A DNA stretch of 32,233 nucleotides, taken from positions 83,667-115,899 of the forward strand of contig JBGAFW010000028.1 in the NCBI GenBank assembly GCA_044227045.1, given 5' to 3'. Position 1 is the first letter of the stretch; every line of letters starts with the position of its first letter. The DNA comes from Labilithrix sp. Its GTDB lineage: Bacteria > Myxococcota_A > Polyangia > Polyangiales > Polyangiaceae. The position numbers and the translations under genes are program-made. This document shows positions 8,345-15,996 of this stretch, one piece after another. A model generated the notes under the pieces. That model saw only the letters and a list, made by a program, of their open reading frames with translations, had not been told where the DNA came from and ran no database searches.

Positions 8345-8381
8345 CTTCTGGCTCCTTACGCACCCGCGAGCGGACGAGGTC

Positions 8382-8406
8382 GTGACAAAGAATTACAACC
8401 TTTCAC
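8382..8406. promoter_or_regulatory. AT-rich imperfect palindrome GTGACAAAG-aattacaa-CCTTTCAC in the dinB upstream / hydrolase 5' region (candidate operator)
   Basis: Inverted repeat with GTGA...TCAC ends, read directly. It lies 38-62 nt upstream of the dinB TTG start in otherwise ~70% GC DNA. It matches neither the E. coli nor the M. xanthus LexA-box consensus as I recall them. Confidence 0.3.
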
Positions 8407-8546
8407 CGGCCCCAGACTGGTTTTTTCGCGGCTCGGGCGTCCTTACCTCGAGCGACTGCAACGCCAGCGAAAGACAGGGGAACGCTACGATGATGACGAG
8501 CACCGAGAGCACTAGCGAGGCGACGATCAAGGCGAAGACGATCATG

Positions 8547-9707
8547 CGAAGGAAAGCGACCCCCTCGAAGATGAGGAAGAAGCGCGTCGTCCTCTTCGTG
8601 CTCGCGGTCATCCTCGTCCTCTTGGGTCGCCCTGCCGCACATCACGCGCGGGCCGCGTCCTTGCTCATGTCGTTCTCGGATCCGAACGCGACCTCCTCGG
8701 CGTCGGTGAACGAAGAGCGCATCACGTTCCTCCGCGACGGAGAGTCGATCCCGGCGCGCCTCTACATTCCGAGCAGCGTCTCGCATCCGCTCCCCGGCGC
8801 CCCCTCGAGCACGCCAGGCGTCGTCCTCGTGCATGGCGTGCATCACGGCGGCATCGACGAGCCGCGCCTCGAGCGCTTCGCTCGTGCGGTCGCCGGCGCC
8901 GGCCTCGTCGTGATGACGCCGTCGGTGAAGGAGCTCAGCGACTACAAGGTCGCGCCGCGTTCGATCGACACCGTGGGCGCCGCGGTCGAGACGCTGCGCG
9001 CGCGTCTCGGCACCGAGAAGGTCGGCCTGATGGGCATGAGCTTCGGCGGAGGCATCTCGCTCCTCACCGCGTCGGACGCTCGCTTCGTCGATCACGTCTC
9101 GTTCGTCGTGGCGGTGGGCGCACACGACGACCTCGGTCGCGTCTCGCGCTTCTTCATCAACGACGAGATCCCCGAGCCTTCCGGCGGGACGAAGTCGCTG
9201 AAGGCACATGGCTACGGCGTGATGGTGCTCGTCTACTCGCATGTCGAAGACTTCTTCCCGGCGGCCGACGTGCCGGCTGCACGGGAGGCCCTCCGCCTCT
9301 GGCTCTGGGAGAAGCGCGACGACGCCCGCGCCGTCGCGAAGACGCTCTCACCCGAGGCCAAGGCCAAGATGGACAACCTGTTCGACGCCGGCGTCGGCAC
9401 GATGAAGACCGAGATCCTCTCCGAGATCGAGTCGCACACCGAAGACATGGCGAAGGTCTCGCCGCACGGTCACCTCGGCTCGATCAAAGCGAACGTGTAC
9501 CTGCTCCACGGCGAAGGCGACACCGTCATCCCCGCGACCGAGACGCTCTGGCTCGCGCACGACGTCCCGCCCGCCCGCCTCCGTCAAGCGCTCGTGAGCC
9601 CCGCGATCGAGCACGTCGAGCTCAAGTCCCCAAGCGCCGCCGACAAATGGGCGCTCGTCCACTTCATGGGCGAAGTCCTCAGCGACGCGGACACCGCGGC
9701 GAACTGA
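8547..9707 (+). CDS. Secreted/membrane-anchored alpha/beta-hydrolase (dienelactone-hydrolase/prolyl-oligopeptidase-like serine hydrolase)
   Basis: The frame is open from GTG 8382, but that start lies inside the dinB promoter palindrome. Likelier starts are ATG 8490, 8547 or 8574 (MRKKRVVLFVLAVILVLLGRPAAHHARA, a signal/anchor). Nucleophile elbow GMSFGGG, HGxxD(T) and a downstream His fit the alpha/beta hydrolase fold. Confidence 0.65.
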   Translation, partial: RRKATPSKMRKKRVVLFVLAVILVLLGRPAAHHARAASLLMSFSDPNATSSASVNEERITFLRDGESIPARLYIPSSVSHPLPGAPSSTPGVVLVHGVHHGGIDEPRLERFARAVAGAGLVVMTPSVKELSDYKVAPRSIDTVGAAVETLRARLGTEKVGLMGMSFGGGISLLTASDARFVDHVSFVVAVGAHDDLGRVSRFFINDEIPEPSGGTKSLKAHGYGVMVLVYSHVEDFFPAADVPAAREALRLWLWEKRDDARAVAKTLSPEAKAKMDNLFDAGVGTMKTEILSEIESHTEDMAKVSPHGHLGSIKANVYLLHGEGDTVIPATETLWLAHDVPPARLRQALVSPAIEHVELKSPSAADKWALVHFMGEVLSDADTAAN

Positions 9708-9733
9708 GGCCGAGCGGAGCGCGCGCCGGCGCT

Positions 9734-9765
9734 TTCGGCAGAGCGGATTCTTGGCCTCTGCCGAA
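9734..9765. terminator. 10-bp perfect stem hairpin (TTCGGCAGAG-N12-CTCTGCCGAA) between convergent genes
   Basis: Inverted repeat read directly. It sits in the 62-nt gap between stop 9707 (+) and stop 9770 (-). Confidence 0.45.
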
Positions 9766-9769
9766 GTCG

Positions 9770-10531
9770 CTACGAGTCGATGCGGAGCGGCTGGTCGATG
9801 CGGGTGTCTTCGAGCTCTTCGCGGACGATGCGCGCGGCCCAGTCGGAGGCGACGAGCGAGAGGTGGGTCGACTCGCTCGTGCGGAAGAATTTGCCGTTCT
9901 TCTCTCGCAGCGTCCGCACGGTGACCTTGCGTACCGGCAGGTCGAGGACGCGGTCGAGGCGCGCGGAGAGCTCGGCGGGGAGGAAGTCGAGCACGGAGCG
10001 CGCGCTTCCTCGCATGAGCGAGATGCGCTCGGCGAGCGACATCTCGGACGCCGTGTGCGGACACTGCGCGAGCGACTCGAGCGTCATCCGAAACAAGAAC
10101 GTGGCGAACGAGGGAGCGACGATGCGGGCGTCCTCGGTGTCGTGCGCGACGAGGATGACCGGCGGCTCGTTGGCGCCGGGCTCACCGAGCGACGGGGCCC
10201 AGCCCCACTGATCGCCCGCGCGGCTCTCGGCGAACGGGATGAAGACGAAGTTCGTAGGCCAGCGCGGGAGGCGACCTCCGTGTCGCTCGACGCGCGCGGC
10301 GATCTCTTGCGCGTTCAGCCATTGGATGTCGGTGACGGCGAGCGCACGCACGAGCGAGCTTCGAACGCGCTTCACCTTCGCGGTCTTCTTTTTCTTGCTC
10401 TTCGTGCTCGACTTCTTCTTCGCCGTCACGGCCGGCCGCGACAGGAGACCTGCTTCGGTCATGCGCACGTAGCCCGCGGGAATGGCGAACCCGAAGCGCT
10501 CCGAAACGATGCTTGCAAGATGCATCTTCAT
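9770..10531 (-). CDS. SMI1/KNR4 (SUKH-1)-like protein with an inserted histone-H1-like poly-Lys tract
   Basis: ATG 10531 with a purine-rich RBS. N-terminal FGFAIPAGYVRMTE resembles the SUKH 'LP.dYk.FL' motif. Later, FVFIPFAESRAGDQWGW...PPVILVAHDTEDARIVAPSFATFL matches the SUKH 'iPfa..gGd.....pVv.wdhE....vA.sFaeFL' core. Between them lies KKKSSTKSKKKKTAKVKRVR. Confidence 0.45.
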   Translation of the reverse strand: MKMHLASIVSERFGFAIPAGYVRMTEAGLLSRPAVTAKKKSSTKSKKKKTAKVKRVRSSLVRALAVTDIQWLNAQEIAARVERHGGRLPRWPTNFVFIPFAESRAGDQWGWAPSLGEPGANEPPVILVAHDTEDARIVAPSFATFLFRMTLESLAQCPHTASEMSLAERISLMRGSARSVLDFLPAELSARLDRVLDLPVRKVTVRTLREKNGKFFRTSESTHLSLVASDWAARIVREELEDTRIDQPLRIDS

Positions 10532-10588
10532 TTCTCTCTTGGTCGGTCTGTCTTGTCTTCGTGGGCGTTCGCTCGTCGGCGTGAACGC

Positions 10589-11218
10589 TCACTCGATCTT
10601 CACGGGCATGCCATACGACTTCAGCTCCGCGCGTGCCTCGGCGCCTGGCGCCGTGACGACGAGGAGGACCATGCCGATGCCGGGGCAGTAGGTCGTCTCG
10701 TAGCGTGAATTGGGAGGACGTCCGCCGTCTTCTACCGTGCGAACGCACGACGCATAGTGCCCGGCCGGCACATCGACCGCGACGTCGGTCGCTGCGATGC
10801 GTGTCGATCCGCCATGCTCTCCGGTCCACGAGACGCCGACCTCGAGCGGGCCCTTCAGGATGTACGCGCCGACGCCGACCTTCGACGACGGGTCGTCGTA
10901 CGCGACGCCGTCTTGGGCGAGGACGAAGCGCTTCGTGGCGTTCGAGAGCCGGAGCTCACCGTGCGTTTTGTCGGTGCGATGCACTTTGGCGACGAGCATG
11001 CCGCTGTCGCCGCCGTCCTTCGTGACGTAGTTGTAAATCTTCCCCTCTTCGAGCGGGAAAAAGCGCTCGAAGTCCGTGCTCGCGGCAGGGGTGGCGGGCG
11101 TCGCTGGCGACGATGCGGCCGGTGTCCCGCACGCGGTCGTCAGCAGGACGAGACCGGAAACGACAAGGCACCTGACGGGTTCGAGAGCGCGCACGATCCG
11201 GACGCATCCTACGCGCAT
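10589..11218 (-). CDS. Small secreted protein/lipoprotein of unknown function
   Basis: ATG 11218. N-terminus is hydrophobic (...CLVVSGLVLLTTACGTPAASSPATPATPAAS, Cys followed by a Pro/Ala/Thr/Ser linker). It is 57 nt upstream of the SUKH-like gene on the same strand. No recognisable catalytic motif. Confidence 0.5.
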   Translation of the reverse strand: MRVGCVRIVRALEPVRCLVVSGLVLLTTACGTPAASSPATPATPAASTDFERFFPLEEGKIYNYVTKDGGDSGMLVAKVHRTDKTHGELRLSNATKRFVLAQDGVAYDDPSSKVGVGAYILKGPLEVGVSWTGEHGGSTRIAATDVAVDVPAGHYASCVRTVEDGGRPPNSRYETTYCPGIGMVLLVVTAPGAEARAELKSYGMPVKIE

Positions 11219-11245
11219 CTCGTTTTGGTCGCTTCTCTCCGTGCG

Positions 11246-11264
11246 AATTGATTTTTCGTCAATT
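11246..11264. promoter_or_regulatory. AT-rich palindrome AATTGA-tttttcg-TCAATT in the divergent lipoprotein / HlyD-operon promoter region
   Basis: Perfect 6-bp arms read directly. It lies 28-46 nt upstream of the lipoprotein start (11218) in a locally AT-rich ~350-nt intergenic region. Confidence 0.3.
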
Positions 11265-11571
11265 TCGAGGCGATTTCAGGCAGGTAGGAGATTGTAGGAC
11301 GGCAAACATCTTCGTTCGCTGCTGACATACGACAGTCAGGAAAACGACACGATCGTACCTGCCATCCGTTGCGGGGCGAATAGGGCGGATCCACTCTCTC
11401 GCCGGCGCGAGTCCCGTGGTAACTCGCGCACGCGCCTCGCAAAACAAACCGACAGGTCCTGGTCGAAATCGCAGTCGGCCGATTGTCGGGTCTTCACCGA
11501 ATCCCTCCTTCGCGGCGGTCCCTCTTTTCGAGAGAAAGCGGAATCGGCCCACCAACCTCACGGATTTCAGA

Positions 11572-12801
11572 GTGTCCGACCAACTCAGCTCCGATCTCGC
11601 GTCGCTTCGCATCGATCGCGATGCCCCTCGACCGCCCTCCGCCCTCCGTAAGCTCGCCGTGCCCGTCGTCGCCATCGCGGCGCTCGGCGTGGCGGGTGTC
11701 TTTGGCTACCAGCGCCTCGAAGGGCAGCTCTTCAAGCAAGAGGTGAAGACCACCGAGATCGCGATGATCTCACCGTCGCAGGCCGACGTTCAGGTCACCG
11801 CCACGGGCTACGTGATCCCGCAGGTCACCTCGAAGGTGGGCGCGAAGATGCCCGGCCGCATCGCGAAGGTGCTCGTCAAAGAAGGCGACACCGTCAAAGA
11901 AGGCCAGGTCATCGCGCAGCTCGAAGACGCCGATCAGAAGAGCCAGGTCGTCGCCACGTCCTCGCGTGTCGGCGTCGCGCAAGCACGCATCTCCACCGCG
12001 AAGGCAAACCTCGCCGAGGTCACCCAGCAGGTCGAGCGTGAGCGCGCGCTCGTCGCGAGCGGCGCGGTCGGCAAAGCGAACCTGGACAACCTCGTCGCCC
12101 GTGAGGCCGCGCTGAAAGAGACCGTGCGCGCGGCCGAGGCAGAGGCGAACGCTGCCCAAGCCGACGTCGGCGCCGTCAGCGTCGGCCTGAAGGATCGCGT
12201 CATCATCGCGCCGATCAGCGGACGCATCGTCAGCAAGCCCGCCACGATCGGTGAGTTCGTCGGCGGCGTCGGCAACGTCGGCCTCGTCGCCGAGATCGTC
12301 GACTTCAGCAGCCTGATGGTCGAGGTGGACGTGCCCGAGGCGAGGCTTCACCTCGTGAAGCTCGGAGGGCCTTGCGAAATCATCCTCGATGCCTATCCAA
12401 ACAAGCGTTACCGCTGCACCGCGGACTCGCTCGGCCAGCGCGTCAATCGATCGAAGGCCACCGTGATGGTGAAGGTGCGCTTCGACCCCGCCGACGACAT
12501 CAGCGGCGTGCTCCCGGAGATGAGCGCGCGCGTCGGCTTCCTCTCGCAAGCGATCAGCGACGCCGCCAAGGACGAGAAGCCGAAGAAGGTGGTCGCGGCG
12601 GACGCCGTCGTCGATCGCGGCGGAGAGAAGGTCGTGTTCACGGTGTCCGAAGGCAAGCTCCACGCATTTCCCGTGAAGGTCGGCGGCGCCGTTGGCAGCT
12701 CCGTCGAGCTCCTCGCGGGTCCACCACCCGGCACCAAAGTGGTGTCGAAACCAACCAACGAAACCGCAGACGGTCAGCGCATCAAGGAGACGGACAAGTG
12801 A
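11572..12801 (+). CDS. HlyD/MacA-family periplasmic adaptor (membrane fusion protein) of an ABC exporter
   Basis: The frame is open from GTG 11416. The likely start is GTG 11572 (VSDQLSSDLASLRIDRDAPRPP...LAVPVVAIAALGVAGVFGY), i.e. a short cytoplasmic tail then a TM anchor. A coiled-coil region (EVTQQVERERALVASG..., AEAEANAAQADV) and beta-barrel/lipoyl motifs are typical of the MFP/HlyD family. The stop TGA overlaps the next gene's GTG (GTGA). Confidence 0.8.
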   Translation: MSDQLSSDLASLRIDRDAPRPPSALRKLAVPVVAIAALGVAGVFGYQRLEGQLFKQEVKTTEIAMISPSQADVQVTATGYVIPQVTSKVGAKMPGRIAKVLVKEGDTVKEGQVIAQLEDADQKSQVVATSSRVGVAQARISTAKANLAEVTQQVERERALVASGAVGKANLDNLVAREAALKETVRAAEAEANAAQADVGAVSVGLKDRVIIAPISGRIVSKPATIGEFVGGVGNVGLVAEIVDFSSLMVEVDVPEARLHLVKLGGPCEIILDAYPNKRYRCTADSLGQRVNRSKATVMVKVRFDPADDISGVLPEMSARVGFLSQAISDAAKDEKPKKVVAADAVVDRGGEKVVFTVSEGKLHAFPVKVGGAVGSSVELLAGPPPGTKVVSKPTNETADGQRIKETDK

Positions 12802-13568
12802 GCGAAAGCACGACCCTCGGAACACCGGACGCGCAGACCAAAGAAGTGAAGGTGCCCGAGCCTTATCGGAAGAACACCGCGCCCGACAAAGAGAAGACGA
12901 TCATCTCGATGGAGAACGTCACGAAGACCTACCTTCGTGGCAAAGAGCCGCTCACCGTCCTCGACGGTCTGTCGCTCGTGATCGAGCAGGGCGCGTTCGA
13001 AGCGCTGATGGGACCTTCGGGCTCCGGCAAATCGACGCTCCTCAATCTGATCGCGGGCCTCGATCGCCCCACCAGCGGCAAGGCGATGGTGGCCGGTCAT
13101 GACATCGGAAAGATGAGCGACGGCGAGCTCGCGAAGTTTCGCGCGCGGCACATCGGCTTCATCTTCCAGTCGTACAACCTGATGCCCGTGCTCACGGCGC
13201 TCGAGAACGTCGAGCTCCCGCTCCTCCTCACGAACCTCTCGAGCTCCGAGCGAAAGAAGCGCGCCGAGACCGCGCTTCGCGTCACCGGCCTCGAGGATCG
13301 CATGGGTCACTACCCGCGCCAGCTCTCGGGTGGTCAAGAGCAGCGCGTCGCGATCGCGCGCGCGATCGTCCACGATCCGACGATCCTCGTCTGCGACGAG
13401 CCCACCGGCGATCTCGATCGCAAGAGCGCCGACGACATCCTGCAGCTCCTCACGAAGCTCAACGTCGAGTTCAAGAAGACCATCCTGATGGTCACGCACG
13501 ATCCGGCGGCGGCCGAGCGCGCGACGATCACGCGTCACCTCAACAAGGGCAAGTTGGACGAAGCATGA
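12798..13568 (+). CDS. ABC transporter ATP-binding protein (MacB/LolD-type ATPase)
   Basis: Walker A GPSGSGKST, Q-loop, ABC signature LSGGQEQRVAIARA, Walker B ILVCDEPTGDLD, H-loop VTHD. GTG 12798 overlaps the upstream stop. An alternative start is ATG 12909 (MENVTKTY). Confidence 0.85.
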   Translation: MSESTTLGTPDAQTKEVKVPEPYRKNTAPDKEKTIISMENVTKTYLRGKEPLTVLDGLSLVIEQGAFEALMGPSGSGKSTLLNLIAGLDRPTSGKAMVAGHDIGKMSDGELAKFRARHIGFIFQSYNLMPVLTALENVELPLLLTNLSSSERKKRAETALRVTGLEDRMGHYPRQLSGGQEQRVAIARAIVHDPTILVCDEPTGDLDRKSADDILQLLTKLNVEFKKTILMVTHDPAAAERATITRHLNKGKLDEA

Positions 13569-14734
13569 TCCGCCTCTTCTTGATCGCAGCTCGCAACTTG
13601 AAGCGAAGCTGGTTCCGCACGCTGTTCACCGTCGCGGGCGCCGCCGTCGCGCTCGTCGCGTTCATCATGCTGCGCACCGTGCTCTGGGCATGGAACGTCG
13701 GCGCGGAGTACGCCGCGCAAGATCGGCTCGGCACCCGGCACAAGGTGTCCTTCGTCATGCAGCTCCCGAAGCGCTACATCCAGGACGTCCGCGGCGTGCA
13801 AGGCGTGAAAGACGCCACCTACGCGAACTGGTTCGGCGCGCGCATCCCGAACAAGCCCGACGAGTTCTTCGCGAACATGGCGGTCGACGACGAGAGCTAC
13901 CTCCGCGTCATCGACGAGATCCAGATCACCGACGAAGAGAAGAAGAACTGGATGGCCGACAAGCGAGGCGCGATCGTCGGACAGGTCCTCGCGAAGAAGA
14001 TGGGTTGGAAGGTCGGCCAGAAGGTCATCCTCGAAGGCACCATCTACCCGGGCGACTGGGAGTTCACGATCGACGGCATCTACTCCGCGTCACGCAAGTC
14101 GCTCGACGAGTCGCAGTTCTTCTTTCACTGGGACTACTTGAACGAGAGCCTCCCCGCAGATCGGCGCGATCAGATCGGGTGGATCATGACGCGCATCACC
14201 GACACCGGTCGCAGCGGAGAGATCTCGCAGAGCATCGACCGCATCTTCGACGAGCGTGACACCCAGACGGTCACGATGAGCGAGCGCAACATGCAGGTCT
14301 CCTTCATGGCCGGCTTCTCCGCGATCCTCACCGCGCTCAACATCGTCTCGATCATCATCCTCGGCATCATGCTGCTGATCCTCGGCAATACGATCGCGAT
14401 GGGGGTGCGCGAGCGGACGCGCGAGTACGCGGTGCTGAGAGCGATCGGCTTCGAGCCATGGCACGTCCGCTTCTTCGTCATCGCCGAGGCGGCGACCCTC
14501 GGCGTCGTGTCGGGCGCCGTCGGGCTCGCGATCGCCTACCCGTTCGTCAACAACGTCGTGGGGCGCGCGCTCGAAGAGAACATGGGCGCGTGGTTCCCCT
14601 ACTTCCGGATCGAGCCGAAGACGGCCGTCCTCGCTGTCATCATCGCGATCGCGCTCGCCGCGCTCGCGTCACTCGTCCCCAGCATCCAGGCCGGTCGCAT
14701 CTCGGTGACCGACGCACTCCGAAGGGTGGGGTGA
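13565..14734 (+). CDS. ABC transporter permease, FtsX/MacB-like (4-TM with periplasmic domain), copy 1
   Basis: ATG overlaps the upstream stop (ATGA). Topology is an N-terminal TM helix, a ~200-aa periplasmic domain, then three C-terminal TM helices, with the FtsX-type motif RERTREYAVLRAIGF. Confidence 0.85.
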   Translation: MIRLFLIAARNLKRSWFRTLFTVAGAAVALVAFIMLRTVLWAWNVGAEYAAQDRLGTRHKVSFVMQLPKRYIQDVRGVQGVKDATYANWFGARIPNKPDEFFANMAVDDESYLRVIDEIQITDEEKKNWMADKRGAIVGQVLAKKMGWKVGQKVILEGTIYPGDWEFTIDGIYSASRKSLDESQFFFHWDYLNESLPADRRDQIGWIMTRITDTGRSGEISQSIDRIFDERDTQTVTMSERNMQVSFMAGFSAILTALNIVSIIILGIMLLILGNTIAMGVRERTREYAVLRAIGFEPWHVRFFVIAEAATLGVVSGAVGLAIAYPFVNNVVGRALEENMGAWFPYFRIEPKTAVLAVIIAIALAALASLVPSIQAGRISVTDALRRVG

Positions 14735-14738
14735 GCGC

Positions 14739-15902
14739 ATGGTCCCGATCAAATACAACATCCGCAACCTCGTCGTTCGTAAGCGCACCACCGCCGCCGC
14801 CGCGTTTGGCCTCGCGCTCGTCGTCTTCGTCTTCGCCTGCGCGCTCATGCTCGCGAACGGCATCGAGAAGACGTGCGGCCGCACCGCGAGCCCCGACGTC
14901 GCGATCATCCTTCGCAAGGGCTCCGACGCCGAACTCTCGAGCGGGATCGAAGACAAGCACGTCAACATGGTCATCGCGCAGGCGCAGCAGATCGGCGCCT
15001 CACGCAAGCCCACCGGCGTGGGCGAGGTGCTCGTCGTCATCCTCCTCGAAAAGGTCGGCGTCGAGGGCGTCTCGAACGTCACCGTGCGCGGCGTCCCCGA
15101 AGACGCGCTCGCGTTCCGCCCCACCGCGAAGATCATCGACGGTCGCGCGCCAAACCCCGGCTCCGACGAGGTCATCGTTGGCCAAGGCATTCGCGGTCGC
15201 TTCAAAGGCCTCGAGATCGGACAGACCTTCGACCTCAAGAAGAACCGTCCGGTGAAGGTCGTCGGCGTCTTCGCCGACGAAGGCTCCGCGTTCGAGTCCG
15301 AGGTCTGGGTCGACGTCCACGTCGCGCGCCAGGCGTTCGGTCGCGAAGGCTACGTCTCGAGCGTCCGCGTCCGGCTCGACAGCCCGAGCAAGTTCGACGC
15401 GTTCAAGGCGCTCGTCGAGCAAGATCGCCAGCTCGGTCTCGTCGTCATGCGCGAGGCCGACTTCTTCGAGAAGCAATCGCAGGCGACCGCGTTCATCTTG
15501 AAGCTCCTCGGCGGGATGATCGCGTTCTTCTTCTCGATCGGCGCCATGATCGGCGCGACGATCACGATGAACGCCCAGGTCGCAGGTCGATCGCGAGAGA
15601 TCGGGACGCTCCGCGCGCTCGGCTTCTCGAAGGGCAGCATCCTCTTCTCCTTCCTCATCGAGTCGCTCGCGCTCGCGGTCGCGGGCGGCGCGATCGGCGC
15701 CTTCGCCTCGATCGCGATGAAGGCGGTGAAGATCACGATGCTCAACGCCGGCACGTGGTCCGAGATGGTCTTCGGCTTCGAGCCCACGCCGCAGATCATC
15801 GGCTCGGCGATCTTCCTGTCGGCGTTCATGGGCCTCGTCGGCGGCTTCCTCCCCGCGATCCGCGCGGCGCGCGTCAGCCCCGTCGAAGCGATGCGCGGCT
15901 GA
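14739..15902 (+). CDS. ABC transporter permease, FtsX/MacB-like, copy 2
   Basis: ATG 14739 lies 5 nt after the previous stop, with a G-rich SD. Architecture matches copy 1 (RSREIGTLRALGF motif). Paired paralogous permeases follow the LolC/LolE or DevC pattern. Confidence 0.85.
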   Translation: MVPIKYNIRNLVVRKRTTAAAAFGLALVVFVFACALMLANGIEKTCGRTASPDVAIILRKGSDAELSSGIEDKHVNMVIAQAQQIGASRKPTGVGEVLVVILLEKVGVEGVSNVTVRGVPEDALAFRPTAKIIDGRAPNPGSDEVIVGQGIRGRFKGLEIGQTFDLKKNRPVKVVGVFADEGSAFESEVWVDVHVARQAFGREGYVSSVRVRLDSPSKFDAFKALVEQDRQLGLVVMREADFFEKQSQATAFILKLLGGMIAFFFSIGAMIGATITMNAQVAGRSREIGTLRALGFSKGSILFSFLIESLALAVAGGAIGAFASIAMKAVKITMLNAGTWSEMVFGFEPTPQIIGSAIFLSAFMGLVGGFLPAIRAARVSPVEAMRG

Positions 15903-15923
15903 ATCCAGCCCCCATCACAAATC

Positions 15924-15979
15924 GAAGCCCACCACCGCGCTTGCCCCCCAATGGGGTGATGCGCCCGGCGGTGGGCTTC
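15924..15979. terminator. Complex GC-rich stem-loop (GAAGCCCACCaCCGCGC...GCGCCCGGcGGTGGGCTTC with inner CCCCA-a-TGGGG hairpin) after the ABC operon, followed by TTCTGATCT
   Basis: Inverted repeats read directly. It is located 22 nt after permease stop 15902 and 18 nt before ATG 15997. Confidence 0.45.
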
Positions 15980-15996
15980 TGATCTACCCTGGGCTC

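Noticed and set aside
8345-8500. Canonical LexA/SOS box upstream of dinB
   Set aside because: None of CTGT-N8-ACAG, GAAC-N4-GTTC, GTTCAG-containing myxobacterial or GGTT-N10-ACC deltaproteobacterial patterns is present. Only the non-canonical AT-rich palindrome is reported.
8382-8546. GTG 8382 as start of the alpha/beta hydrolase (adds MTKNYNLSPAPDWFF...)
   Set aside because: That start lies inside the AT-rich palindrome of the dinB promoter and gives a 60-aa non-hydrophobic extension before the signal-anchor. Downstream ATGs (8490/8547/8574) yield a canonical signal peptide. Kept as an uncertainty rather than a feature.
11259-11675. 138-aa minus-strand ORF in the lipoprotein/HlyD intergenic region
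   Set aside because: It overlaps the HlyD 5' region antisense, is Arg/Gly-rich with no motifs, and the region is better explained as a divergent promoter.
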